Numbered from the stretch's first letter, positions 8,566 to 18,646 are shown. The stretch is DNA of 64,000 nucleotides from Candidatus Limnocylindrales bacterium (GCA_035559535.1 DATMBG010000026.1:62001-126000), one strand, 5' to 3'. Program-made: numbers and translations. Notes: generated from the sequence alone by a model not told the origin.

Positions 8566-9740
8566 GGATCTCGGCCATCATCTATTAATTTTTCAAGATA
8601 AACTCCGTTCATCCAAATATTTCGATCTTCGCCGGTTTGAGGGGAACCTCCATCATTATCAAACTCAAAAAAAATGCTAAATTTTTCCTTGCTTTCGACG
8701 TTTAATCTATAAATCTTATAATTTTCTTCCAGGTAAAGGGTTTCAATAAGTTTTTCATTATTGTAAACCTTTAATCTTGCAAATACCCCCTCCGCCGGAG
8801 AGCCTCTGGCCGAGATATTTAACAGGTACTTTCCCTTATCAAAAGGGAGGGTTTTGAATTTAACATTCCATAACATAACGATCTGGTTATGGGTCTGGGA
8901 ATCAAATTTTCCTTGTATAGGTAATAAGCTTATTAACGATACAGGATAGATATTTTTTATATTTTTCCCGGCCAGGTCTTCTCTCAGGGGAGGTGGGAGT
9001 ATTTCCCTGGCCTGTGTGTAAAAGTACTCTGCCGCGGTAAGGTCTCCAGAGGTTTTCCAGATTTTTCCAAGCTGAAAATAGACCTCTGCAAAGTCCGACT
9101 TCAAGGTCAGGCTCTTTTCAAAAGCAGCTACTGCCGCCTCCCATTCCCCGGTATAGGTATAGGCCATTCCCAGAAGGTAATACTCGTAGGGATCTTTGGG
9201 TTTAAGGTTCAGAAGTTGTCGGGTAATTCTAATGGTCTCGGGCCAGTTTTCTGTTCGTATAAAAAAGTTTCTAATTTGTTCATTGGCTGCCGGATCCTCA
9301 GGATGGGTTATTAGCCAGGAAGTATAGAAGTGTCCTGCCAGTTCCTGGAGATAAACCTGTTCGTATAGACGGCCTGTTTGCAAGTAATCTTGAGGATCGA
9401 TTCCAAAAAATTGGAAAAGAAAATCCGGACGGTACCAGCCAGCCTTTGCAAAATCTCGGTAGGCCAGCTCTGAACCCTGGGTGAGTTGGAGGAAAAGTCC
9501 TTTCTGATAGTAATATCCAAAAAGAAGGATATCGGTGGCTTTTTCAAGGAAAGAAGATTGAGAGGCATGGCGAAGAAAGGGAGGGGTGTAGAAGGGAGCG
9601 TTGGCTACAAGGACCAGATAAAAAAGTAAGGGGAGAGACCCGAGAATCGGGACGCGGAAGGTGCGGGGGATGGGGGGACACGGGGACGCGGGGATGAGGG
9701 GATTATTCCTTTCTCCCTGCTTTTCCGTATCTCCTTGCAT
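8562..9740 (-). CDS. Membrane-anchored TPR protein with C-terminal carbohydrate-binding-module-like domain (start uncertain)
   Basis: TPRs (YYLLGMAYTYTGEWEAAVAAFEKSL; VYFQLGKIW...AAEYFY); C-terminal FDND...EDRNIWMNGV resembles CBM60-type DRN motif. Confidence 0.65.
   Translation of the reverse strand: MQGDTEKQGERNNPLIPASPCPPIPRTFRVPILGSLPLLFYLVLVANAPFYTPPFLRHASQSSFLEKATDILLFGYYYQKGLFLQLTQGSELAYRDFAKAGWYRPDFLFQFFGIDPQDYLQTGRLYEQVYLQELAGHFYTSWLITHPEDPAANEQIRNFFIRTENWPETIRITRQLLNLKPKDPYEYYLLGMAYTYTGEWEAAVAAFEKSLTLKSDFAEVYFQLGKIWKTSGDLTAAEYFYTQAREILPPPLREDLAGKNIKNIYPVSLISLLPIQGKFDSQTHNQIVMLWNVKFKTLPFDKGKYLLNISARGSPAEGVFARLKVYNNEKLIETLYLEENYKIYRLNVESKEKFSIFFEFDNDGGSPQTGEDRNIWMNGVYLEKLIDDGRDP
9631..9700. 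repeat. ACGCGGGG/ACACGGGG octamer-type array in the 5' end of the TPR gene
   Basis: GGGACGCGG...GGACACGGGGACGCGGGGATG; related inverted array at 10071-10137. Confidence 0.65.
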
Positions 9741-9894
9741 TTCTATCTTTCCCTGTCCTCCTTCTCCTGGCTTTCCAAGGATATCTTTTTTATTAACCTG
9801 ACCCCCTTCCCGATGCAGGAAGGGGGAATTTGGGGGTTACCTATGTCCCCCCTCTCCTCTTCCCTCACAGGGAAAGGGAGTCGAAGGGATCCGC

Positions 9895-10062
9895 GCCAGG
9901 ATAAGCTGAAAAACCCTGTCAGGGGCGAACAGTGGATAGCCCCCGACATAAGTCGGGAGATTCAGAATTTTTTTCAAGCTCCGAAGGAAGCCCCCCTTCC
10001 CCCGCATGGGGGAGGAATTAAGGAGTGGCCTGTTAAACAGGTTGCCCCGCTGGGGCTAACCT
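9895..10062 (+). mobile_element. MITE/REPIN-like element, copy 2 (right TIR missing, nested hairpin)
   Basis: GCCAGGATAAGCTGAAAA...GGGCGAACAGTGG...CCCGACATAAGTCGGG...CCTGTTAAACAGG...GCTAACCT colinear with copy 1. Confidence 0.75.
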
Positions 10063-10070
10063 TGAAAGCC

Positions 10071-10137
10071 ATCCCCGTATCTCCGTGTCTCCGCGTCCCC
10101 CCGCGTCCCCCCCCCATCCCCGCGTCTCCGTGTCCCT
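10071..10137. repeat. CCCCGCGT/CTCCGTGT octamer array directly after the priming transferase stop
   Basis: CCCCGTAT CTCCGTGT CTCCGCGT...CCCCGCGT CTCCGTGT. Confidence 0.7.
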
Positions 10138-11567
10138 CACCTGGCTCCCTTTCCCAATAATACGACCGGAATAGTCTTCAGTAAGATTTTCCAATCCAGC
10201 TTTAAAGACCAATTATCGATATATTGGAGATCGAGCCTCATCCATTCCTCAAAGCTATCAATTTCGTTACGCCCCCGAATTTGCCAGAAGCAGGTCAGAC
10301 CCGGCTTCATGCTGAGTCGTCGCCGCTGCCACCTCTCATATTTTTCTACCTCAGATGGAATGGGAGGCCTTGGACCTACCAGGCTCATATCTCCTTTCAG
10401 GACGTTCCATAACTGGGGTAATTCATCGATACTGGTCTTTCGGAGGAACTTTCCAAGTTTGGTGACCCGCGGATCGTTGGTTATTTTAAAAACAGGGCCT
10501 TGCATTTCGTTGAGATGGAGTAAATCTTCTCGTCGCTGTTCGGCATCTTGAACCATAGAGCGAAACTTAAGAAAGGTAAAACGTCTTCCATTTAGTCCAC
10601 AACGTTCCTGCTTAAAGAGGACAGGACCTGGGGAAGTCAGTTTAATAGCCAAAGCCACGATCAGAAACAAAGGTGAGAGCAGAACCAGGGCTACGAAAGA
10701 GACCACAATATCTATAATCCGTTTGATCACCAGGTGAGAGGTTTTGTAAGGAGTCGTTGTAAAGGTCAGGAGCGGGACCCCATGAATCTCGTTCAGTCGG
10801 GTTTTGGCGATGATCATGTTGAAAAAATCGGCAACCAGATGGGTACGGATGCCGAATTCCTCACAGACTTTTAGAGCTTCTTCGATGCTTGCTAAGTCTT
10901 CTTTGGGCAAGGTGAAGATGACTTCATCGACTACTTCCCGATCTAAAAGGAAAGGAATATCCTTCAGGGTTCCTATAACTTTTTTCCCCTTGATCTCTTT
11001 ACCTATCGAATCCGGATCTTTGCCGATGAATCCCATGACCCGGAATCCCCATTCAGGGTGTTCCATCATCAGAGTGGCCAGATCCTGAGCTTTCTCTCCG
11101 GTCCCTACCAGGAGAACATTTCTAAAATTAAATCCTTTTCTGTAAAAATGGTCGGAGCTTATTTTAAAGAGGATGCGTGCAGAGGTTAGCAGAAGGAAAT
11201 TAAAAATTCCGAATAACAAAACTAAAGGCCGGCTGTAGTAATCGGCTTTAGTGAAAAATATAATCGTACCTAAAATCAGGGTGCCCAGGAAACTGGATTT
11301 AAAAATTTTCCATGCGAGATTCGAAAGTTTTATGGTTAATTGAGAGTGATAGACTCCCTGCCGGAAAAGAACAAACAACCAGAGAGGGATGGCTAAATAG
11401 ACCAACCAGAAATAGGGTTCAAAGGAAGCAATTTCCCCGACCTCGTGATAATAGGTAAAGAGAAAGGAATTCCGAACATGACCGGCAAGGATAAAAGAAA
11501 TTACGATAAGGAGGATATCAACAGCTACCAAAGTCGATCCGATTAAAACAGCTCTTTCTTTTAACAT
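10137..11567 (-). CDS. Priming polyprenyl-phosphate phosphoglycosyl transferase (WcaJ/WbaP/CpsE type)
   Basis: N-terminal TMs, CoA-binding-like domain, [33 protein letters not shown]. Confidence 0.95.
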   Translation of the reverse strand: MLKERAVLIGSTLVAVDILLIVISFILAGHVRNSFLFTYYHEVGEIASFEPYFWLVYLAIPLWLFVLFRQGVYHSQLTIKLSNLAWKIFKSSFLGTLILGTIIFFTKADYYSRPLVLLFGIFNFLLLTSARILFKISSDHFYRKGFNFRNVLLVGTGEKAQDLATLMMEHPEWGFRVMGFIGKDPDSIGKEIKGKKVIGTLKDIPFLLDREVVDEVIFTLPKEDLASIEEALKVCEEFGIRTHLVADFFNMIIAKTRLNEIHGVPLLTFTTTPYKTSHLVIKRIIDIVVSFVALVLLSPLFLIVALAIKLTSPGPVLFKQERCGLNGRRFTFLKFRSMVQDAEQRREDLLHLNEMQGPVFKITNDPRVTKLGKFLRKTSIDELPQLWNVLKGDMSLVGPRPPIPSEVEKYERWQRRRLSMKPGLTCFWQIRGRNEIDSFEEWMRLDLQYIDNWSLKLDWKILLKTIPVVLLGKGAR

Positions 11568-11735
11568 AGGGTCGATATGACAAAGAATCCGTTAAATATC
11601 AGATTTCTGTTTTAAACACAGAGAAGAAGGTTTTTTATTCTGACCAGCCGTTTTCGGGTGTATATCCGAGATTTACGTAATAAGGGATGAAATCACAAAA
11701 TAGATAGAATTGTCAAGACAAAAGATAAATTTAAT

Positions 11736-12482
11736 TTATACTTTATTACGTTTTCCCAATTTCTCCCGAAGGAGCATCCAAACAAATAGGCTATTTGTGA
11801 CGAGGTAACGCTTCCACATTCGCTGGGGTTCTTGAACGATACGATAGAACCACTCCAATCCCATCTTTTGCATCCAGTTCGGCGCCCTTTTGGTTTTCCC
11901 GGCCATGATGTCAAAGGCGCCTCCGACTCCCATCGCAAAGCCAACGCCGAGTTGCTTTTGCCAGCGTGCGATAAACTGCTCTTTTTTAGGTGAGGTAATT
12001 GCTACAAAGAGCATGCGGGCTCCGGATTCACGGATCTTACGTACTACTTCTTCTTCATTATCCCAGAAATACCCATGGTGATAGCCTGCGATAATCAGGC
12101 GAGGATAGATCTTTTGTGCCCTTTCAACCGCACGTATAACCACCTCCGATTCAGCTCCCAGAAAAAAGACCGGATCTTCGCGTTCCTCTGCCAGGGCGAG
12201 TAAGCGATAAAACAGATCGATCCCGGCAACCCGTTCAGGCACATCGAGACCTAATAACCAGGCTCCCCATACCACTCCCATTCCATCGATATTGATAATA
12301 TCACAACGCAAAACGGCATTGCGTAGAGCCGGATCCCTTTGGATATTTACCATTTTTGCCACATTTACCACCGCATGCTGGGTAAAAAGTCCGGCGTCCA
12401 GACGCCTGGCAATTTCCTCCACCGTCTCCTTCATGGTCCAGGGGTGCATGGGCACCCCCATCATCTGAATGGGGGGTCGCAT
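11736..12482 (-). CDS. WecG/TagA/CpsF family glycosyltransferase (GT26)
   Basis: DGMGVVW, PERVAGIDL, SPKKE, MGVGGAFD, RAPNWMQKMGLEWFYR. Confidence 0.93.
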   Translation of the reverse strand: MRPPIQMMGVPMHPWTMKETVEEIARRLDAGLFTQHAVVNVAKMVNIQRDPALRNAVLRCDIINIDGMGVVWGAWLLGLDVPERVAGIDLFYRLLALAEEREDPVFFLGAESEVVIRAVERAQKIYPRLIIAGYHHGYFWDNEEEVVRKIRESGARMLFVAITSPKKEQFIARWQKQLGVGFAMGVGGAFDIMAGKTKRAPNWMQKMGLEWFYRIVQEPQRMWKRYLVTNSLFVWMLLREKLGKRNKV

Positions 12483-12491
12483 ACATTAATT

Positions 12492-13685
12492 TTACCTAAG
12501 TTGGGATACCAATGAAGCTAAACTTAAGAACATCCAGGCATTGGACCAACGCATATAAGGAATTCGGTTGGTCCCCCACTTTTTCATTTGATAGTAAAAA
12601 TAACCTTCCTTTGCCTGCATATGCTGAATTGCCCATAAGGCAACCTGCATGGCCAGATCCATATCTCCAAAATGGATAAGGGTCAGGATAGATTGGGCAA
12701 TAGCCGTAGAGTCAATGGGATAAGTTTTGGTTGAGTAATACCTCGGAATACCTTCACTTGTAAAAAACGTCTTACGGTAATACCGATATCCTCTTTGTAA
12801 AGCTTCCTCGTACCCGCTAGCTCCGGTGGAAAGAATAAATTCTTGTAAGCTATCGAGAACATACCCGGTATGGTAGTTATCTATCCAGGTGCGGGTATCT
12901 CCTTTGGCATAAGACCAGGATCCATCCGGTTTTTGATTTCTTACAACATACTTTACCGTCTGTGTCGCTGCTTCTTTCAAATCCGGTTCACCTGTGACGG
13001 AATATACCTGCGCCAGAAGTCGGGCCCCCTTCATCGTTGCATTGTAAACCCGCTGCCTGTCTAAGGGGGAGTAAGAAAAACAGAAAGAGTCATCTTCGTA
13101 AGTTCGATTGAGATCGTATAAAACGAAATCACAGGCACTTCGACAAAGTTGTAAAGGTACCCGGTCAGGGATAGTTTTTACCTCTGCCTGCGCATGCTTA
13201 TATAAAGAAAACAGAGCCTGGGTGATAATACCGGTTACCACAATATTTGGAATAAATGCCGGAACCCTTGCATATCGTGCTTCCCAATCAAAGCTGTATC
13301 CCCAACAAGTACCGCTATATCCCTTGGATTGGAGCCTTTCTAACTCGTTGATACAAAATTGAATCTCTTTTAAATACCATTCTTTTTTTTCAGGAAAGAC
13401 CGAAAGTAAATACCCATAGGCTTGCAGGCATAAACCTAACGTGGTAGGCTCATAACTCTTTTTAATTCCCAGTAAAGGTCTCACATTGATTGGAAACCGC
13501 TTTAAGAGCTGCTGGGTCCCAAGTCTTATCACTTTACGGTTCTTCAAAATGGGCAATCGGAAGATAGGTGAGGTTAAGGCATCGTAGGGATCATAACCCT
13601 TATACCTCTCCTGCAGAATATAGTGTTCTAATTTTAATAAAGCCTCAAGAAGTCTACGTCTCTCGGTCTGCACTTTAAATTTCAC
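12492..13685 (-). CDS. Uncharacterised alpha-helical (toroid-like) protein of polysaccharide loci
   Basis: GYDPYDAL, WGYSFDW, NQKPDGSW, WIDNYHTGY, YMRWSNAW motifs; lies next to the bi-domain oxidoreductase. Confidence 0.6.
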   Translation of the reverse strand: MKFKVQTERRRLLEALLKLEHYILQERYKGYDPYDALTSPIFRLPILKNRKVIRLGTQQLLKRFPINVRPLLGIKKSYEPTTLGLCLQAYGYLLSVFPEKKEWYLKEIQFCINELERLQSKGYSGTCWGYSFDWEARYARVPAFIPNIVVTGIITQALFSLYKHAQAEVKTIPDRVPLQLCRSACDFVLYDLNRTYEDDSFCFSYSPLDRQRVYNATMKGARLLAQVYSVTGEPDLKEAATQTVKYVVRNQKPDGSWSYAKGDTRTWIDNYHTGYVLDSLQEFILSTGASGYEEALQRGYRYYRKTFFTSEGIPRYYSTKTYPIDSTAIAQSILTLIHFGDMDLAMQVALWAIQHMQAKEGYFYYQMKKWGTNRIPYMRWSNAWMFLSLASLVSQLR

Positions 13686-15834
13686 AAGGAATACCCCTTT
13701 GCAAGGATTCTACAATCTTGAACGTGGTTAAGGTGGTAGAGTAAATCGATTCAAATGAAAATTGAGGCACTTGTTCGCCTAAAATAACCTTCACAAAATG
13801 TTCGATCTCCTGTTTGTGACCCTTGGTACCGTCATACTTTACTTTTTTCTTTTTGCCTTTATGATAAAAGAAAACTTCCTTGAAGTTATCCAGGATGGCT
13901 GTTTTACCACTTGAATAGACTTCACAGTACTCCTTTTCTACCGAACGATCTCCGTTAGCTAAATACAAAAGATTTCCAACCGAACCATCAGAGAATTTAA
14001 GACTCACGGTTATATTATCGTGATTTTCTACCTGCGAATTCTGAGAGCCTATGGATTCTGCGTAGACCCGGACCGGCTTGGCTTCAAGGAGAAACATCAT
14101 ACAGTCTATAAAATGACACCCCTCCCCGATGATTCTTCCTCCTTGTGCAGGATCCTGGATCCAGCTTGTTTTAGGAATAAACCCGGCATGAACGCGATAG
14201 GTTATCACAAAGGGTTCTGGAGTATCCTTGAAAAAATCTTTTATTTCTTTGAACGGTTGACTAAATCTTCGGTTAAAACCGACCATGAGATGTGAACCCT
14301 GGAGAGCAGATTGGGTTTCGTACAGATCTTTTATTTCTTTTAATTGAGTTTCAGAGATGGCTAGAGGTTTTTCTACGAAAACATGTTTACCTTTCTTGAG
14401 AGCCTCCATTACATAGTGAGCGTGGGAATCATGTCGGGTAGCTATAAAAATAGTATTGATCTCCGGGTCATTAATGATCTCCTCGGCCTGGGTTGTACAG
14501 TACTCAAATCGAAACTTCTTACCTACCGATCGGGCATTGATCGGTTTTGAGGTTGCAACGCCTTTGAGTCGGACCCCTAACTTTTGCAAGGGGGGTATCA
14601 AATAAGATTGTGCAAAATTTCCTGCACCGATAAAACCTGCCACCAACCGAGGGGGATAAAAATCAGCCTTTGCCTTTTGGAATAATTCGATCTTTTTTAT
14701 GTCCGGCTTCTTAATTTTTTCGCTACCGGGATATTCGATCAGAATCCCCAGGTGCTTCTCTTTAACCTTTCCGGTCAGGATATCATAGGCCTGAAGGGCC
14801 TCTTGAAGGGGAAACTTATGGGTGATTAAGGATTGCACATCGAGCTTTTTTTGGGAGATTAAGTCCAGAACCGCTTCCATATTTCGGTTTTCTGTCCAGC
14901 GCACATAGCCGATGGGATAATCATTTCCTTTTTCCTCGTATTCTGGATCGTATCGACCGGGCCCGGAGGAGCAGGAGATCCTTAATTCCAGTTCTTTTTC
15001 ATAAAAGGGGGAACGGGGAACGTCCATTCCCACTGCGCCCACCACCACCACTTTGGATTTCTTTCTGGCAAATTGCAAGGCCAATTCTAAGGGTTCATTG
15101 GACTTTGTTGCCGCGGTAATAATAACGGCGTCGGTTCCATAACCCTTCGTAAAAGCCTCAACAACTTTTTCGGCATCTGGGGTACCGGGGGTACACGCCT
15201 CACAGCCGAGCTTCTTTGCAAGTTCAAAGTTGTCTTCAGAAATATCCAGACCGATCACCCGGCATCCATTCGCCTTCAAGAGTTGTACCGTTATCAGGCC
15301 TATCAATCCCAGGCCGATGACGGCTACCTGCTCACCGAGTCGTACATCCGCCTGGCGTACGCCTTGTAAAGCAATGGCTCCCAGCGTCGTAAAGGCAGCT
15401 TCTTCAAAGGAAACTTCAGCAGGTATCTTTACAACCAGATTTTTAGGCACGAAAACGAACTCGGCATGGTAGGCATAGCCGGCACAGGCCACCCGGTCCC
15501 CCGGTTTAAAAGCAGTAACCGAGGATTCCATCACCACACCGGCAGAGCTATATCCTAACTCTTTATAATTATCCAGCCGGTTTTGGACTTTCTCGTAGGT
15601 AGCCAGTAATCCTTCCCTTTTTACGTTATCTATCACCTGCCTGACCAGATCGGGACGTGATCTGGCTTTACCGATCAGAGAGGCCTGGGCCGTCTCGACA
15701 GAGGTTCTTTCTGTTCCCGAGCTGATCAATGAAAAAACATTTTGTACCAGAACCCCACCGTCCTTTAACCGGGGGGCCGGAACCTCTTCAATAAACATTT
15801 CTCCGGTTTTTTGATATTGGATTATCTGGAGCAT
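13675..15834 (-). CDS. Bi-domain oxidoreductase (MDR/Zn-ADH-like + Gfo/Idh/MocA), nucleotide-sugar modification
   Basis: SLISSGTE, LGYSSAG, GLGLIG; second domain GFIGAGNFA, HVFVEKPL, VGFNRRF, GEGCHFID; start at ATG 15834. Confidence 0.88.
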   Translation of the reverse strand: MLQIIQYQKTGEMFIEEVPAPRLKDGGVLVQNVFSLISSGTERTSVETAQASLIGKARSRPDLVRQVIDNVKREGLLATYEKVQNRLDNYKELGYSSAGVVMESSVTAFKPGDRVACAGYAYHAEFVFVPKNLVVKIPAEVSFEEAAFTTLGAIALQGVRQADVRLGEQVAVIGLGLIGLITVQLLKANGCRVIGLDISEDNFELAKKLGCEACTPGTPDAEKVVEAFTKGYGTDAVIITAATKSNEPLELALQFARKKSKVVVVGAVGMDVPRSPFYEKELELRISCSSGPGRYDPEYEEKGNDYPIGYVRWTENRNMEAVLDLISQKKLDVQSLITHKFPLQEALQAYDILTGKVKEKHLGILIEYPGSEKIKKPDIKKIELFQKAKADFYPPRLVAGFIGAGNFAQSYLIPPLQKLGVRLKGVATSKPINARSVGKKFRFEYCTTQAEEIINDPEINTIFIATRHDSHAHYVMEALKKGKHVFVEKPLAISETQLKEIKDLYETQSALQGSHLMVGFNRRFSQPFKEIKDFFKDTPEPFVITYRVHAGFIPKTSWIQDPAQGGRIIGEGCHFIDCMMFLLEAKPVRVYAESIGSQNSQVENHDNITVSLKFSDGSVGNLLYLANGDRSVEKEYCEVYSSGKTAILDNFKEVFFYHKGKKKKVKYDGTKGHKQEIEHFVKVILGEQVPQFSFESIYSTTLTTFKIVESLQRGIPCEI

Positions 15835-16724
15835 GATTTGATCCCTTTGATCCACAAATGCCAGCCATATCGGGAAGCTATTTTCTTTTTCATGTTCGCC
15901 GAAAGAAGACTTCGGAGGATCGGAAAATGCCGTTCATTCAAAAAATGTTTTGAGAAACTTAGATGTTTAAACCCTGAAAACAGTTCTGCCGCTTCGGATT
16001 GGCTGAAGACTGAAGAAAATACATTATCAGGACCATCGGTAGCCTTATGAATAAAATTCTCCATTTTCAGATAAGCCAGGCCGTCTTGCAGGAGATAACA
16101 GCGATGTTTTTCCAATCTTTCCATGTCTTCATGGGTCAATTTCGCCACCAGCCTGGACATGCCCGGGAAGAATAAAAGAAAAATCCCCAGCCGCCGGATG
16201 AATCGAATGGATATCTGATAATTTATGGAATTTCGATGGTACAGCATAACGACCACCAGACCCCCTTCCCGTAAAACCCGATGAATTTCACGGATAATAG
16301 TTCTGATACAGGGTGAATGATGCAGGACCCCATGGGAAAAAACAATATCAAACGATTCATCCGGGAAATCTAACCTTTCCGCATCCATGACCTGCAGGCT
16401 TTCGTAGGGAAGAGAGAATAATTCACATCGCAGCCTCACCCGGGTAACACTTTCTTGGGTCAGATCGATTCCATTATAAATAGCTCCGGCTTCAATAATT
16501 TTCTGGGCCTCAGCACCCTGGCCCATACCTATTTCCAAAACGCGCTTCCCTTTAAAATTGATTTTTTCTATTTCCTCTAAAATATGCGGTTCGTGGTTAT
16601 ATCTGAAACGATCGTAACGGATAAAAAAATCCTTCCACTCGGAAACGGGGACAAAGTTGCTTCCAACGGGATGTTTTTCCCAGAATTGGGCAATCTGCTC
16701 AGAGGTAAACTTTCCGGTATTCAT
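15822..16724 (-). CDS. Class I SAM-dependent methyltransferase
   Basis: VLEIGMGQG, GIDLT, DAERLDFPDESFDIVFSHGVLHH. Confidence 0.88.
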   Translation of the reverse strand: MNTGKFTSEQIAQFWEKHPVGSNFVPVSEWKDFFIRYDRFRYNHEPHILEEIEKINFKGKRVLEIGMGQGAEAQKIIEAGAIYNGIDLTQESVTRVRLRCELFSLPYESLQVMDAERLDFPDESFDIVFSHGVLHHSPCIRTIIREIHRVLREGGLVVVMLYHRNSINYQISIRFIRRLGIFLLFFPGMSRLVAKLTHEDMERLEKHRCYLLQDGLAYLKMENFIHKATDGPDNVFSSVFSQSEAAELFSGFKHLSFSKHFLNERHFPILRSLLSANMKKKIASRYGWHLWIKGIKSCSR

Positions 16725-16729
16725 CGATT

Positions 16730-16753
16730 GTCAAACGGGGACGTTTGACCTAC
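16730..16753 (-). repeat. GTAG-REP-like palindrome family B (GTAGGTCAAACGTCCCCGTTTGAC)
   Basis: Relatives at 5993-6015, 59984-60007, 60514-60536 and degenerate 62461-62476. Confidence 0.75.
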
Positions 16754-18646
16754 CTATTTCCCAAAAAAGATTCGAAACCAAACCTCACAGGTAAGCAAAG
16801 TCCATAAAATATGGGCGTTGTCTTCTAACCCGCTCCGGTCTTTTTCAATCAATTCAGAAACATAGCCGGGATTATAAAGCCCTCGGGCTTTTAAGGACTC
16901 TTCTGAAAGCAACTCTCCCACCATGGTTGAAAGAGGGCCACGAATCCAGGAACGGAGAGGCGAGCCGAAGGGTGCCTTGGGACGATACACAATATGTCTG
17001 GGTAAATACTTTTCGGCCACTTTTTTCAGTAAATATTTTTGTGTATACCCCCGAATCCTGTATTTCGGTGGAAGAGAAAACATAAACTCTACGATCCGGT
17101 GGTCTGTTAAGGGGGGACGACTTTCTATACCGGCTGCCATGGTTGCTTTATCGGAATAGGTTAAATTGTGCTCAGGTAAAAAGACTTTGGTATCATTCAG
17201 ACACATCTTTGTAAGGTAGGAAATCCCTTTAAGATTAAAAACCTCTTTTTGGGATTGATAAAAGTAAGTCTCTTCATAGCGAGGGCCGTTTAGAAAAAGT
17301 TTCTGATATTCTCCTCGAGAAAGGGATAAATCCGAAGTGAGGTACCGTTCCATTTGTGGGAGCGAGGCGAAGGAGAAAAAACGTTTAGACCAGCGGAGTG
17401 TTTTTAATCCCCGGGTCGAGGTTGCCACTGGGATATGATCAAAGATTTTTTCAATCCAGGTTCTCAGAATGCCGGGTACTAGGCTTTGATAGACGTCTGC
17501 CTGTAAACAGGCCAGTTGCTTTCGATAGCCTCCAAAAATTTCATCTCCTCCCATTCCGTTGAGCAACACCACAATTCCCAGATCCCGTGCAGCTTTTGAG
17601 ATAAGATAGGTATTGATAGCCGCCGGATCTGCCAGAGGTTCGTCTAAATGCCAGACTAATTTGGGAAGTAATTCTGCAAGGTCCGGCTTTATTTCAAATT
17701 CATGGTACCGAAAATCCAGTTGTTCTGCAACCTGTCGGGCATAAATATGATCCTCAACGATTTTCTCGAATTTCTGATCGGCTTCTGAAAACTTTATGGT
17801 AAAGGAGTGAATATCCTGGCGGGTATTCTGTCTCATTCCTGCGCCGATAAGAGAAGAATCTAATCCACCGCTTAAAAAGACGCCGACCGGAACATCTGCT
17901 ATCATCTGGAGACGGACGGCATCTTGAAGAAGCCCATCTAACCGTTCCCATACCTTCCGTTCGGAAACATCCTCATCTTCCAGGGCTTTGATCTCCCAGT
18001 AGGGGGTAATGGTTAATCGGTCATCTTTGAAAACAAGATAGTGGGCGGGTGGGAGTTTGAGGATGTTTTCAAATCCCGTATAGGGGGAAATTTGAAACCG
18101 TGTAGGAGTATGAAGGGCATAATAATCCGGCCTTTTTTCCACCAGAGAGGAAGCCAGGATAGCTTTGATCTCGGAGGCAAAAATGAAGGTTTTATCTTTA
18201 TGGTAATAGTAAAATGGCTTAATCCCCATTCGATCCCGGGCGGCAAATAATTTTCGTGAACGGGTATCATAGATGGCAAAGGCAAACATCCCGTTGAATT
18301 TTTCCAGGCATTTTTCTCCCCAGGCTTCATAGGCTTTCAGAATGACCTCGGTATCACTCTGGGACTTGAACCTGTATCCTTTGTTTAGCAACTCTTTTCT
18401 AATTTCCCGGTAGTTGTAAACCTCCCCGTTGTAGGTAATCCACAGATTACCGGAGTCATTGGACATGGGTTGATGGCCCAGCGGCGAGAGATCCAGAATA
18501 CTTAATCGCCGATGTCCTATTCCGGTTCTGAGATCATCCCACCATTGGATACCTTCATCATCGGGCCCCCGATGTTGCTGGATATAAACCATGCGGCGCA
18601 GGGCCTCGTAATTTCCTCCGTGAATGATACCTGCTATGCCACACAT
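16754..18646 (-). CDS. asnB: Glutamine-dependent amidotransferase, asparagine synthase (AsnB/WbpS) family #1
   Basis: N-terminal MCGIAG, HRGPD, HRRLSILDL, NGEVYN, LSGGLDSS, GGDEIFGGY; start set at MCG. Confidence 0.92.
   Translation of the reverse strand: MCGIAGIIHGGNYEALRRMVYIQQHRGPDDEGIQWWDDLRTGIGHRRLSILDLSPLGHQPMSNDSGNLWITYNGEVYNYREIRKELLNKGYRFKSQSDTEVILKAYEAWGEKCLEKFNGMFAFAIYDTRSRKLFAARDRMGIKPFYYYHKDKTFIFASEIKAILASSLVEKRPDYYALHTPTRFQISPYTGFENILKLPPAHYLVFKDDRLTITPYWEIKALEDEDVSERKVWERLDGLLQDAVRLQMIADVPVGVFLSGGLDSSLIGAGMRQNTRQDIHSFTIKFSEADQKFEKIVEDHIYARQVAEQLDFRYHEFEIKPDLAELLPKLVWHLDEPLADPAAINTYLISKAARDLGIVVLLNGMGGDEIFGGYRKQLACLQADVYQSLVPGILRTWIEKIFDHIPVATSTRGLKTLRWSKRFFSFASLPQMERYLTSDLSLSRGEYQKLFLNGPRYEETYFYQSQKEVFNLKGISYLTKMCLNDTKVFLPEHNLTYSDKATMAAGIESRPPLTDHRIVEFMFSLPPKYRIRGYTQKYLLKKVAEKYLPRHIVYRPKAPFGSPLRSWIRGPLSTMVGELLSEESLKARGLYNPGYVSELIEKDRSGLEDNAHILWTLLTCEVWFRIFFGK

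Noticed and set aside
9735-10160. 141-aa ORF and similar 6198-6383 ORF sharing the peptide PVKQVAPL
   Set aside because: Similarity is explained by the repeated non-coding element
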